Source: an uncultured Gemmataceae bacterium (GTDB lineage: Bacteria; Planctomycetota; Planctomycetia; Gemmatales; Gemmataceae). From it: a DNA stretch of 64,000 bases. The stretch is from NCBI GenBank assembly GCA_963750165.1, contig CAVVPN010000011.1, positions 2,240,001 through 2,304,000 of the forward strand. Direction: 5' to 3'. The notes under the pieces were generated by a model. It searched no databases and had not been told where the DNA came from. It was given only the letters and a program-made list of their open reading frames with translations. Of this stretch, positions 49,111 to 58,961 are shown in pieces; position 1 is the first letter of the stretch; each line of letters opens with the position of its first letter. A program made the translations under genes and the position numbers.

Positions 49111-50379
49111 ATGACCACGAACACCGGGTCCGAACACCTGAGCCGACGGGCGTTCCTCAAGGGCGTCCTGGGCACCGCGGGCGGCGCCGCCGTCGCCAAC
49201 TGGGGCGGCCTGGCCCACTCGCAGACCGCCGCGCAGACCGCCGTGCGCCGCAACAAGCGCTGCATCCTGCTGTGGATGAACGGCGGCGCCAGCCAGCTGG
49301 ACACCTTTGACATGAAGCCCGGCCGGCCCACCGGCGGCCCCTTCCGGCCGATCGCGACCAACGTCCCCGGCATTCAGATTTGCGAATATTTGCCGTTGTT
49401 GTCGCGCATGACCGACAAGCTGGCGGTCATCCGCAGCATGCGCACGCACTCGCCGGACCACCCGGACGGCATCTACCACATGCATACCTGCTACCGCATG
49501 GCCGAGCGAGTGCCGCACCCCGAACTCGGGGCCATGATCGCGCGCTACAACGGCCATCCGGACGCGGACCTGCCGAGCTTCGTGCGCATCGGGCCGTGCG
49601 GCAACGCCGGCGCCGGCTACCTCGGGCCGCGCTACGAGCCGTTCGCCATCGGCCGCGATGGCCGGCTGCCGTACTTCAGCGAACCCACCGGCACGCCCCA
49701 GGCGCAGCAGCGCCGCGGTGAACTGCTCAACTTCATGGAGGGTCAGTTCGCCCAGGATCACCGGGCGACGCCGTTTGAGGCGCACCGGCTGGCGGAGGCG
49801 CGGGCGCACCGGCTGATGCGAGCGCGGCGCGTGTTCGACACGACCGGCGACTGGCCGGCGGCCCGCGACCGTTACGGCAATACCGCGTTCGGCCGGCACT
49901 GCTTTTTGGCCCGCAAACTGGTCGAGGCGGGCGTGCCGTTCGTCGAGGTCGGCCAGGACAACTACGACAGCCACGCCGACAACTTCGTCTGCCACCGCGG
50001 CAACATGGACGTGCTCGACCCGGCCTGGACCGCTCTGTTGCAAGATTTGCAGGACCGCCGGCTGCTCGACGACACGCTGGTGGTGTGGATGGGCGAGGTG
50101 GGCCGGACGCCATACATCAACAACCGCGCTGGCCGCGATCACTACATCCGCGCCTGGACAATCGTGCTGGCTGGCGGCGGTGTCCGCGGCGGTCAGGTGT
50201 ATGGCGCCACCGACGCGGACGGCCGTGATGTGCGCGACCAGCCGGTGAGCGAGGGCGATTTGTTCGCCACGATTTACACGGCGCTGGGCATCAACCCGCG
50301 CGTTCGCCACACGCTCGGCACGCGGCCGATCTGGGCGACGCCGGAGGGTTCGACACCGCTGCGGGCGCTGCTCGGCTGA
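49111..50379 (+). CDS. DUF1501 protein (Tat signal)
   Basis: SRRAFL, GGASQLDTFDMKP, GEVGRTP, GRDH. Confidence 0.9.
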   Translation: MTTNTGSEHLSRRAFLKGVLGTAGGAAVANWGGLAHSQTAAQTAVRRNKRCILLWMNGGASQLDTFDMKPGRPTGGPFRPIATNVPGIQICEYLPLLSRMTDKLAVIRSMRTHSPDHPDGIYHMHTCYRMAERVPHPELGAMIARYNGHPDADLPSFVRIGPCGNAGAGYLGPRYEPFAIGRDGRLPYFSEPTGTPQAQQRRGELLNFMEGQFAQDHRATPFEAHRLAEARAHRLMRARRVFDTTGDWPAARDRYGNTAFGRHCFLARKLVEAGVPFVEVGQDNYDSHADNFVCHRGNMDVLDPAWTALLQDLQDRRLLDDTLVVWMGEVGRTPYINNRAGRDHYIRAWTIVLAGGGVRGGQVYGATDADGRDVRDQPVSEGDLFATIYTALGINPRVRHTLGTRPIWATPEGSTPLRALLG

Positions 50380-50551
50380 TGCCAGCGCTGGCCCCGCGCT
50401 GGCGCTCGGGCTCGGATCGGAACCATGTGAAGACCTCTCCCATGCCGGGATCAGGCCGGGGTGGGGTAAGGGGGGCAGTGTCGCGGCTCGCGGCACCTCC
50501 CCACCCTGGCCGAACCCGGATGTTTTAAACCCCTTGCCAGGTGACAGAACC

Positions 50552-51736
50552 ATGTCGCGGCACCCGCTCGTTCAACATCGACGCACCCTCCTGGCGCTGG
50601 CCGTACTGGCGGCCCTCGTCCCCATGACCAGCGCCCGCGCCCAACCGGCCGGCCCCGACAAGGCGGCCCTGGCCTGGACGCTGCCCTGGGACGCCGACTG
50701 GGTGACGGCGGTCGCTTTCCTGGGCAACCACCGCATCGCGGCCGGCAACAACCTGGGCCAGATCCTCGTCTGGGAGTTGCCTGATAAAACCGGCGGTCCT
50801 GCCCCAGCGCCGAAGTGGCGGCTGCACGGCCACGACAACACCGTCAACCGCCTGGTCGCGACGCCGGCCGGCCGCTGGCTGATCTCCGCGAGCAACGACC
50901 ACACCATCCGCTACTGGGACTTGCAGGCCCCGCCCAGCCGCACCGAATCGGTGGTGCTCAACGCCCGCGCCCGGGACGAGGCCGTGGCCCGCAAGCGCAA
51001 GGTGCCGCCGCCGGTCGAAGTCAAGGTGTCGGTCATTGAGGCGGCCCGGGTGCTCAAGGGCCACAAGGACTGGGTGCTCGGCCTGAGCCTGACGCCGGAC
51101 GGCAAGACCCTGGTCAGCGGCGACGACAAGGGTGTGGTCATCGTCTGGGATCGGCCCGCGGCGAAGGAGCTGCGGCGCTGGCAGGTCAAGGGTTGGGTCT
51201 GGGCCCTGGCTGTGGCGCCCGACGCGCAAACGCTGGCGGTGTCCGAGCGCGTCCACCTCGTCTTCGACTCCGGCCGGCACGCCGGATTGAAGCTGTGGGA
51301 CCCGCAGACGGGCAAGGTGAAACTGGACCTCGGCAAGCTGTTCGACAAGCAATTCATCGCCGCAGCGGCGTTCGCGCCGGACGGCAAAACGCTGGCGGTG
51401 TGTCGCGGCGGCGAGGTCGATGGTCAGAACGGCAAGGCGTCACTGGTCGATCCGGCCACCGGCAAGAAGCTCCGCGACCTGACGCCCGGCCACCTCAACG
51501 GCGCCACGGACGTGCTCTTCTCGCCGGACGGCCAGTACCTGTATTCCAGCGGCCGTGACACGACGGTGCGCGTCTGGCGCGTGGCCGACGGCAAGCTGGT
51601 CAAGGAACTGGGCCGGCCGCGCGGCGGTCAGTTCAAGGACTGGATTCACGCCGTGGCCGTGACGCCGGACGGCCGCTGGCTGGCCGCCGCCGACATGGCC
51701 GGGCAAGTGCAGATCTACGCGCTGCGGGGCAAATGA
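50552..51736 (+). CDS. Secreted WD40-repeat protein
   Basis: Multiple GH...WD repeats. Confidence 0.85.
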   Translation: MSRHPLVQHRRTLLALAVLAALVPMTSARAQPAGPDKAALAWTLPWDADWVTAVAFLGNHRIAAGNNLGQILVWELPDKTGGPAPAPKWRLHGHDNTVNRLVATPAGRWLISASNDHTIRYWDLQAPPSRTESVVLNARARDEAVARKRKVPPPVEVKVSVIEAARVLKGHKDWVLGLSLTPDGKTLVSGDDKGVVIVWDRPAAKELRRWQVKGWVWALAVAPDAQTLAVSERVHLVFDSGRHAGLKLWDPQTGKVKLDLGKLFDKQFIAAAAFAPDGKTLAVCRGGEVDGQNGKASLVDPATGKKLRDLTPGHLNGATDVLFSPDGQYLYSSGRDTTVRVWRVADGKLVKELGRPRGGQFKDWIHAVAVTPDGRWLAAADMAGQVQIYALRGK

Positions 51737-51753
51737 CGGCTCAATAAATTGAC

Positions 51754-51829
51754 CCACAGATGACACAGATGTCACAGATAAAGACCAATTTCTTTTTGTC
51801 TTTATCCGTGTCATCTGTGTCATCTGTGG
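51754..51829. repeat. CACAGAT-type palindromic repeat
   Basis: CCACAGATGACACAGAT...ATCTGTGTCATCTGTGG. Confidence 0.65.
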
Positions 51830-51830
51830 A

Positions 51831-52256
51831 TCACTTCTTCCTCATATCGGAGACGCGCTTGAAGGTGAGCATGCGGCCGACCGGGTTCTGACGGGGGATG
51901 TCGAAGGTCGTCTGCCGATTGTTGTCGCCGTTCCAGAAGCAAATGACCAAGGTGTCGGCGTCAAAGCGGTAGATGCCCTTTTCGTGGTTGATGTCGAGGC
52001 GTGACGGCATCGCATTCGGATCGATGATGATCGCGTACGGGCCGGTCTCCGCACTGCCGCCCTTGCCGATCCACGACACCTTGTCGCCCCGGATGATGAG
52101 CGTCCAGCCGGTGTCGTTGGGGTTGAGTCCGCCCTGGTTCTGGGAGCGGACGCACAGCCAGTGGCCATCCAGCTGGGGCGTCCGTCTCTGCTGGGAATCG
52201 ACGCCGGCCGGCAGGGCCAGCGCGACCACGGCTACGGTCAGGAATATCGTTCGCAT
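51831..52256 (-). CDS. TIGR03067 planctomycete domain protein
   Basis: LDGHW, IDP..PSRLDI, KGIYRFDADTLVIC. Confidence 0.75.
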   Translation of the reverse strand: MRTIFLTVAVVALALPAGVDSQQRRTPQLDGHWLCVRSQNQGGLNPNDTGWTLIIRGDKVSWIGKGGSAETGPYAIIIDPNAMPSRLDINHEKGIYRFDADTLVICFWNGDNNRQTTFDIPRQNPVGRMLTFKRVSDMRKK

Positions 52257-52354
52257 GGGTTCCTCCGATCCTGCCTGTCGTAGAATAAACTTTGGACGAT
52301 TCTCGCACGAATTCCCAACTGGTTCAAGAGTCTGCTTTTCGACCGCAGTTGCTC

Positions 52355-52924
52355 ATGCCGATGACGCACCTGGAAGCTCTGGAAGTGCTGGCCGTCCACC
52401 GCGACCGCCACGTCGTCCTCACCACGCACGGCTCCATTGACCTGTGGACCGCGTTGTCGGACACGCCGCTGGACCTCGCCTACGTCCCGGCGTCGATGGG
52501 CCAGGCTCCGGGCCTGGGGCTGGGTCTGGCGCTGGCGCGGCCGGGTCTGGGCGTCGTGGTGGTCTGCGGCGACGGCCATCTGCTCATGAACCTCGGCTGC
52601 CTGGTCACGCTGGCCAGCCATCCGGCCGACGTGTATTTGCTGGTCGTGGACAACGGCGTCTATGAAGTGACCGGCGGCCAGCCGACCCCCGGCTCCGGCC
52701 GCACCGACTTCGCCGGCCTGGCGCGGGCGGCGGGCGTTCGGCGCGTGTATGCCTTCGATGCCCTGACAGCCTGGCAGCGGGGCGCCGCCGAGGCGCTGAC
52801 CGGGCGGGGGCCGGTGGTGGTCTGGCTGCGCGTGGCACCGCGGCCAGGTCAACGCGCGCCCACCACGGCGCGGCCAATGGCCGAGCAACTGGCCCGACTG
52901 CGGCAGGCGCTGGGGACTGGCTGA
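52355..52924 (+). CDS. TPP-binding decarboxylase beta subunit (ComE/phosphonopyruvate decarboxylase-like)
   Basis: SMG, GDG.LLMNLG, DNGVYEVTGGQPT. Confidence 0.8.
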   Translation: MPMTHLEALEVLAVHRDRHVVLTTHGSIDLWTALSDTPLDLAYVPASMGQAPGLGLGLALARPGLGVVVVCGDGHLLMNLGCLVTLASHPADVYLLVVDNGVYEVTGGQPTPGSGRTDFAGLARAAGVRRVYAFDALTAWQRGAAEALTGRGPVVVWLRVAPRPGQRAPTTARPMAEQLARLRQALGTG

Positions 52925-53035
52925 AGCGCTTGCTCCGTTGATGATGGCCAGTCAGCAGTCGGTTTCCCGCATTCTCCCCGATCAAACTCTCTCGTAACGG
53001 CATCCTTGCCGAGTTAAACTCAATGTCACTCTCCG

Positions 53036-53102
53036 GGCGAGCGGCGCGGCGTCAGCCCGCCGGTCCAGGCGCTACCGGCGGGCTGACGCCGCGCCGCTCG
53101 CC
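53036..53102. repeat. REP doublet
   Basis: GGCGAGCGGCGCGGCGTCAGCCCGCCGGT...ACCGGCGGGCTGACGCCGCGCCGCTCGCC. Confidence 0.65.
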
Positions 53103-53128
53103 AAGACATGAGCCACGCTGGGATCAGT

Positions 53129-53962
53129 ATGAAGCAGTATCTGGACCTGTTGCGACACGTGCTGGAGCGCGGGGTGCGCAAACCCACCCGTGCCAAACTC
53201 CTCTCGACCGGGGAGAACATTGACGCCCTGAGCGTCTTTGGCTATCAGATGCGCTTCGACCTGAACGAGGGGTTTCCGGCGGTCACGACCAAGAAGCTCG
53301 CGTTCAACGCCGTCGTTCACGAACTGCTCTGGTTCCTGAGTGGTTCGACCCGGGTCGCGGACTTGCGGAAACACAACGTCACCATCTGGGATGAATGGGA
53401 AAACGCGAACGGCGACGCCGGCCCGATTTATGGCAAACAGTGGCGCACCTGGGAGGCGCCGGACGGAAAGCAGATCGACCAGATCGCTTATTTGCTGGAG
53501 GGCATCCAGGCGGTCAAGCAGGATCCCACCGCCGCGGCAGGTCGCCGTCTGGTGATCTCGGCCTGGAACCCGGCTGACCTCCAGGCGATGTCCGTACCGG
53601 CCTGCCATACTCTTTGTCAATTCCTGCTCACGGAGGGCCGGTTGTCCTGCCAGCTCTACCAGCGCTCGGCGGATTCGTTCCTGGGCGTGCCGTTCAACAT
53701 CGCGAGCTACGCCCTGCTGACGCACCTGGTCGCGCACGTCAGCGGCGTAGGGGTCGGTGATTACATCCACACCTTCGGAGATGTGCATATCTATACCAAT
53801 CACCTGGAGCAGGTTGAGGAGCAGTTGCGGCGCCAGCCTTACCCGTTGCCGCGGCTGTGGATTGACCCTGCGATCAACGATCTGGACCATCTCGAGCGCC
53901 GACAAATCGCCTTGCTCGACTACCGACACCACCCGGCCCTGACCGGGGAGGTTGCGGTTTAG
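53129..53962 (+). CDS. thyA: Thymidylate synthase
   Basis: ELLWF, IWDEW, PACH, YQRSAD, PFNIASY. Confidence 0.97.
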   Translation: MKQYLDLLRHVLERGVRKPTRAKLLSTGENIDALSVFGYQMRFDLNEGFPAVTTKKLAFNAVVHELLWFLSGSTRVADLRKHNVTIWDEWENANGDAGPIYGKQWRTWEAPDGKQIDQIAYLLEGIQAVKQDPTAAAGRRLVISAWNPADLQAMSVPACHTLCQFLLTEGRLSCQLYQRSADSFLGVPFNIASYALLTHLVAHVSGVGVGDYIHTFGDVHIYTNHLEQVEEQLRRQPYPLPRLWIDPAINDLDHLERRQIALLDYRHHPALTGEVAV

Positions 53963-53971
53963 GGATGCCGC

Positions 53972-54490
53972 ATGCTCGTTTCCATCATTGCCGCAATGGA
54001 CCGCCGCGGGCTGATCGGTACTGAGGCTGGCCTGCCCTGGCAGCTGCCCCAGGACCTCCGGCGCTTCCGGGCGCTCACCTGGGGCAAGCCGGTCATCATG
54101 GGCCGCAGGACATTCGAGTCGATCGGCAGGCTGCTCCCGGGGCGTCTCAACATCATCCTCACCCAGCAGCCCGAGTATCACGTCCCGGGTGGTCGCATCG
54201 CCCGCACCCTTCAGGAAGCCCTGGCCATCGCCGCCGACTACCTCACCGGGGCAGGCGGCGACGAGGCCATGATCATCGGTGGCGGCCGGGTCTACGCGCA
54301 AGCCATTCCTCACTGCGACCGCTGTTACCTCACGATCGTCGCGGGGCACTTCCAGGGCAGCACCTATTTCCCCCTTGAAGCGTTGCTGCGGCAGCGCTGG
54401 CGATTGGTCTGCGAGCCGGAAACACACCCCGCCGATGCGCAGAACCCGCACCCGCACTCCTTCTACTACATCGAACGCATCACGGATTGA
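53972..54490 (+). CDS. folA: Dihydrofolate reductase
   Basis: LPW.LPQDL, IMGRRT, LPGR, IIGG. Confidence 0.95.
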   Translation: MLVSIIAAMDRRGLIGTEAGLPWQLPQDLRRFRALTWGKPVIMGRRTFESIGRLLPGRLNIILTQQPEYHVPGGRIARTLQEALAIAADYLTGAGGDEAMIIGGGRVYAQAIPHCDRCYLTIVAGHFQGSTYFPLEALLRQRWRLVCEPETHPADAQNPHPHSFYYIERITD

Positions 54491-54503
54491 AGATAGTTTG
54501 ACT

Positions 54504-55301
54504 TCAGGCATTCCCCGCCCGGGCCAGCACGGCGACCACCACGCCCGCCGCGCCGGCATCGCGAAGGGTGCGGGCGCATTCGTGCATGGTGCTGCCAGTG
54601 GTCATCACGTCATCGACGAGCAGGACGGTGCGGCCCTGGAAGCCGGTGCGCGGGGCGACGCGGAAAGCCCCCTTGACGTTGAGGCGGCGGGCGGTGGGAG
54701 AGGCCTGGTGGTGTTGCACGGGGGTGTCGCGCCAGCGGCACAGACCGTGGGCCAGGCACGGCAACCGGAGGTGGTCGGCCAACGCATAGGCCAGCGCTTC
54801 ACTCTGGTTGTAGCCGCGCGACCAGCGTCGCCGCCAGTGCAGCGGCACGGGCACCACCAGGTCCGCGGCCAGCGCCCGCAACCGGTCCGCGACGTGCTCC
54901 ACGAAGAGGTCGCCAAGCACTTCCGCCAACCCTTCACCGGAGTGGTGCTTCAGGCGCAGCACCGCCCGGGACAGCAGATCACCTGTCGTGCGGTTCTCGT
55001 ACGGACCAAGGCGCCGAACCGCGGCGAAGGCGAAGTGTTCCCCGCGGCACTTCGGGCAGCCGTCGTCAGTATCGGTGCGTGGGCCGACATTGGCGGCGCA
55101 GCGCGGACAGGTCGCGAAGGGGTCGCTGGTCAGGGCGGACTGGCAAGGCTTGCAGAACGCGCCGGTTTCCTCGGGCATTGAGACGCCGCAGAGCCAGCAG
55201 ACACGCGGGTAGATCAATTCGACGAAGCCCTGGCCCAGGGCGCGGGCGGCGCTGACGAACCGGGCGGACCAGGGTGAAGGCGGTGGCGTGGAGGACGGCA
55301 T
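54504..55301 (-). CDS. comF: ComF family protein
   Basis: Double zinc ribbon; RGYNQSE; LLVDDVMTTGST. Confidence 0.9.
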   Translation of the reverse strand: MPSSTPPPSPWSARFVSAARALGQGFVELIYPRVCWLCGVSMPEETGAFCKPCQSALTSDPFATCPRCAANVGPRTDTDDGCPKCRGEHFAFAAVRRLGPYENRTTGDLLSRAVLRLKHHSGEGLAEVLGDLFVEHVADRLRALAADLVVPVPLHWRRRWSRGYNQSEALAYALADHLRLPCLAHGLCRWRDTPVQHHQASPTARRLNVKGAFRVAPRTGFQGRTVLLVDDVMTTGSTMHECARTLRDAGAAGVVVAVLARAGNA

Positions 55302-55446
55302 AACGCCTCGAAAATCAGTCGGCGTTGGCGAGCGGCGCGGCGGAAAGAGCTGCCGAACTTGCTGAATACAACGCCCAGGGGCAGGAGAAATGGCGAGATT
55401 TGCCGGCCGAATTGCCGCAGAGAGGGATTTCAGAGGGCATAAGAAG

Positions 55447-55585
55447 AGTGTTCCTGGTGGGACGCACGGGTGCGGGCGATAGGCCACGGACCTAAACGGT
55501 AACGGGATTGGACTCCACCCCGGCACGAGGCCGGCCCTTTCCCGACTAACCTAAAGGGCACCGCTAGTGGCCCACCAGGGACACT
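55447..55585. ncRNA. Structured ncRNA candidate downstream of the RT
   Basis: AGTGTTCCTGGTGGG/CCCACCAGGGACACT closing stem; nested GGCCAC/GTGGCC, AACGGT/ACCGCT, CCGGC/GCCGG and GCCCTTT/AAAGGGC helices. Confidence 0.5.
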
Positions 55586-55700
55586 TTCCAGAAGATACTC
55601 ATCCCCCAGCGCCGACACAAGACAACTCTCACCGAATCCCGGCCCATCCTGGTTTCCGCTGACAACCTGCACCAGCATTGCCGAGAATGCCGGCCAGTCC

Positions 55701-57008
55701 TCACGCCCCAGTGGACGCCATCACTTGCTCCAGATCCTCCAGCAGCTTTTTGCCCAGTTGCGGATCCGTCATGTAAACATACGCCGCGTAGCCGCGCAAC
55801 CGCGCCGGCGTCTCGCCCTCCTGGAGCCCCCCGCCGTGCTTCAGATTGTGAATCGCGGCCCGCAGCTGCCGCTTCAGTTTGCGCGGCACGCGCGGCTCGC
55901 CCTGACCGTTGACCACCAACCCCGTGATTTTCTGGCGACCGCCTTTGCGCAGCACCCGCGTCTTGTCCTCGTTGAGCGTGAAGCCCTCGCTCTCGACGAT
56001 GCGCTTGACGAAGCCCAGCAATTTTCCCAGGAACGGCTTGCCCTTGTGCTCGGCCGGCAAGCTGAACGTCAGGTCGTCGGCGTAGCGGCTGTAGCGCCAG
56101 CCGAGCTTCCTGGCCAGCGACGCAATGCGGTTGTCCAGATGCAGGCAGAGCGTGTTCGTCAGTCCGGGACTGGTCGGCGCCCCCTGTGGCAGGCAGCGCG
56201 GCCCCAGGGCGATGTAGTACGTCTTGCCCTGGTGCTGTACGACCTCGCGCGGCGACTCCGTGCAGAGCAGCGCCAGCAGCGTCGCGATCTGTTCGCGGTA
56301 GCCGGCCTTGCGGAAGACGCCCTTGACGCGCGGCAGTGTTACCGTCGGGAAGAATGACTTGATGTCCATCTTGACGACGATTTTGGCGTCCGTGTGCCGG
56401 GTGGCGTTGGTCAGCGTGGACCGGCCCGCGAGGAAACCATGCACCGCCCCATGCACGAGCAGTTTTTCCACGATGTTGCGCAGGATCCAGCGCTGGGCCG
56501 CCTTCAGCTTCTTCATCGGCGCCCAGATCGGCCGTTCGCTGCCGTCGCGCTTGGGGATGGTGAAGCGGTAGTAATGGATGCGCGTCGCCGCCTCACGGTG
56601 GTACGCCAGCCAGCGCAGATGGCCGACCGACAGGCTCAGCGCCTCGGCCAGCTGCTGTGGCGTGTCCAGTGGCGGCAGTTCGTTCTCGGCGGCACGCTCC
56701 TCGGCGTGCGGCGCGTCCCATTTGTCCTTGCGGTTCGGCTCGTCGTTCCAGTAGATACCCTCGCCGAGGTGGACGATGTGGTTGGCCTTGTACGCGAGCC
56801 ACGTTTCCTTCTTGATCTTGCGGAGTTCTTCCGCCTCGGCGCGCAGCTGCTTCTTGTACTGCTCCAGCTCGCGCTCGGACATGCCGTCCGTCTCGCGGCG
56901 CTCGACAAGGTAGCCGCGCTCGCGCAGTTGCAGGTTGATGAACGCCTGCACGCCGCCGGCCTGGAGGATGTTGCGCCAGAGGGTGATCGGGTCGGTTTGC
57001 TTGGCCAT
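55701..57008 (-). CDS. Retron-type reverse transcriptase, Mx162-like
   Basis: IPKRDG, region X NATRH, QGAPTSP, YADD, region Y ITG; N-terminal extension (AGG..., HLGEGIYW, EERA..N.L) resembles the M. xanthus Mx162 RT as I recall it. Confidence 0.9.
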   Translation of the reverse strand: MAKQTDPITLWRNILQAGGVQAFINLQLRERGYLVERRETDGMSERELEQYKKQLRAEAEELRKIKKETWLAYKANHIVHLGEGIYWNDEPNRKDKWDAPHAEERAAENELPPLDTPQQLAEALSLSVGHLRWLAYHREAATRIHYYRFTIPKRDGSERPIWAPMKKLKAAQRWILRNIVEKLLVHGAVHGFLAGRSTLTNATRHTDAKIVVKMDIKSFFPTVTLPRVKGVFRKAGYREQIATLLALLCTESPREVVQHQGKTYYIALGPRCLPQGAPTSPGLTNTLCLHLDNRIASLARKLGWRYSRYADDLTFSLPAEHKGKPFLGKLLGFVKRIVESEGFTLNEDKTRVLRKGGRQKITGLVVNGQGEPRVPRKLKRQLRAAIHNLKHGGGLQEGETPARLRGYAAYVYMTDPQLGKKLLEDLEQVMASTGA

Positions 57009-57021
57009 GATTCGCTCTTCT

Positions 57022-57085
57022 CGTGGGGCAGACATTCCTCTCTGCCAATCATCAAGGACGGCAGAGAGGAATATCTGCCCCACGA
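57022..57085. repeat. REP doublet between the SWIM gene and the RT
   Basis: CGTGGGGCAGACATTCCTCTCTGCC...GGCAGAGAGGAATATCTGCCCCACG. Confidence 0.7.
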
Positions 57086-57089
57086 CCAG

Positions 57090-58961
57090 TTACTCGGTGG
57101 TCGCGTCCAGGTAGCCGCGGGCGTGCAGGTCGGCGAGCCGGGCCTGGTACGCCGCCCGCGCCTCCTCCAGCGTCCCGAACTTCAGCCGCTGCAGCCGCGA
57201 CTCCTTGCCGGCCCGGCCCCAGCGCAGTTTCAGGCGCTGCTTCTCCAGCGACACCTGGAACACATCCTCGCCGGCCGCGTCGCGCTTGCTGAAGGTGCGC
57301 GTCTCCATCGTCACCTTGTCCAGGCTCGGCTTGCCGCGCTGCTGCTCCGCGTAGGCCAGCCGCAGCGCGATCAGGTGAGCGCACGGCCCCTGCTTCAGCC
57401 CCTGCTTGCGGTACAGCGCACACGTGCATTCCGCCTTGAGCACCTGGGCTTCGTCGCCCAGCAGCAGTTGCGGCCGGTACTCGCGCTTGTCCTCGTCCAC
57501 GGCGACCTTGCCGGTCAGCTCCAGGCCGGTGCCGGCGATGCGGTTCTCACTCGTGAGCTTGACCGCCCCGCGCCGCACCAGCAAATCATGGGCGACGCGC
57601 TCACGCTGGTTGCGGTACTCCAGCCGCTCCAGGTCCAGCGGCGCCTCGGACAGCGGACGTAAGCGATACACATCCTCCGCCACGTCGTACATGAGCTTGC
57701 CCTGCTGGCAGCCCAGTTGCAGTGCCTCGACCAGCGCCGCTCCCTTGAGGCCAGTCTTTTTGGACAGGGAATCAGCGTTGGCGAGCCAGACGCCGGCGAG
57801 GTGGGCGAGGATGGCTTCGAGCGGCTTGCTCGTCTGCGTCTTGCGCGGCAGCAGCAGGTCGAAGTTGATCGCCTGCGACCAGTTGGCGGCGGTGAAGCCG
57901 GTCAGGCCGACCGTCATGGAAAAATCCGCGGCGCGAAAGATCCAGAAGTTCGGCAGACCGTTGCCGAGCAGCCGCACGTCGATGGACTCGATCAGCGGTA
58001 GCAGACGCTGGAGCAGCAGCAGTCGGCGCCGTCCCCAGATGCGCACCACCTTCGGGCTCTTGCCCTTGAACGTGCCGAGGCTCGACGGCAGCACCAGCTC
58101 CCACGGCTCCAGCACCAGCCGCGGTTTTTCCGCGGGAATCAACTCGATACGGATACCGCGGCGCTTGCCCTTTTTGTCGCCGTGCATGCGCAGATGCCGC
58201 ATCAGGTTGTACAGATCGATGGGCGCCAGCGAAAATTCGTCCTGCGGCAGCGTCGCAGCGGACTGCACCTGCAAGAAACCGCGCAGCCAGGTGTCCGGGA
58301 CCTGAATCTTCTTCTCCAGGATTTCCTTGTGCGTCGCGTCCGGCGTTTTCATGGCGACCTGTTCGCGGCCGATGTGCAGCCGCGTCGCGCGGAAACTGCG
58401 CAGTTGCTGCACGCCCGCGAACAGCGCGGGGCTGAAGTCGATGTTGGTGGTGCCATGCGTCGGGCTGCCCGCCACGTCGAAGGTGCCGCCGCGGTCGAAG
58501 CTCAACTTGGCGTAGGTGCCCTCGTCCTTGCTAAAAACCTCGAAAATTACCTTGTCCGGGTGGACGGTGATGATCGGGTCGAGCATGACGAACGCCAGCG
58601 GGTCGTTGCGCAGCAGCCAGGAAAAATATGCCTGCTGCGCCTGCCAGGCCCCCTGGCCGAGCGACTCCTTGCGCATACGCTGGTAGGCCATGTACGCGGT
58701 GCGGTCCTTGGGCACGTAGCGGAAATCGCTGCCGACGACGGCGTAAAGCGCGGCCATCGCTTCACGGAAGCGCAGCGGCTTGCGGACGGCACCGTCGAAG
58801 CGCACCGGCTCGCGCTGCAGGTTGGCGAACAGGTCCAACTCAGTGCCGGCCTCCGTCGTCTCCAGGTGGCTGGCGCCGGCGTAGCTCAGGTGGAACGGCG
58901 TGCTCGGCGCCGGCTCCGGCGCGGCCGCCGGTTGCTCGACGGGTGTTTCTTCGGTGCTCAT
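57090..58961 (-). CDS. SWIM zinc finger + C-terminal WGR domain protein
   Basis: CTC...GPCAH; LRWGRAG...RGY; DPIITV and WLRGFLQVQSA motifs; ATGA overlap with the HEAT gene. Confidence 0.85.
   Translation of the reverse strand: MSTEETPVEQPAAAPEPAPSTPFHLSYAGASHLETTEAGTELDLFANLQREPVRFDGAVRKPLRFREAMAALYAVVGSDFRYVPKDRTAYMAYQRMRKESLGQGAWQAQQAYFSWLLRNDPLAFVMLDPIITVHPDKVIFEVFSKDEGTYAKLSFDRGGTFDVAGSPTHGTTNIDFSPALFAGVQQLRSFRATRLHIGREQVAMKTPDATHKEILEKKIQVPDTWLRGFLQVQSAATLPQDEFSLAPIDLYNLMRHLRMHGDKKGKRRGIRIELIPAEKPRLVLEPWELVLPSSLGTFKGKSPKVVRIWGRRRLLLLQRLLPLIESIDVRLLGNGLPNFWIFRAADFSMTVGLTGFTAANWSQAINFDLLLPRKTQTSKPLEAILAHLAGVWLANADSLSKKTGLKGAALVEALQLGCQQGKLMYDVAEDVYRLRPLSEAPLDLERLEYRNQRERVAHDLLVRRGAVKLTSENRIAGTGLELTGKVAVDEDKREYRPQLLLGDEAQVLKAECTCALYRKQGLKQGPCAHLIALRLAYAEQQRGKPSLDKVTMETRTFSKRDAAGEDVFQVSLEKQRLKLRWGRAGKESRLQRLKFGTLEEARAAYQARLADLHARGYLDATTE

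Noticed and set aside
53129..54490. thyA-folA as mobile resistance cargo
   Set aside because: Ordinary chromosomal pair with no mobile context.
55701..57008. Group II intron or DGR reverse transcriptase
   Set aside because: Retron X/Y motifs are present; no intron domain V, maturase or TR/VR pair was seen.
57022..57085. Hairpin upstream of the RT as retron msd
   Set aside because: It has the GTGG-headed REP-doublet form seen elsewhere in the window, with no msr or a1/a2 context; not fully excluded.
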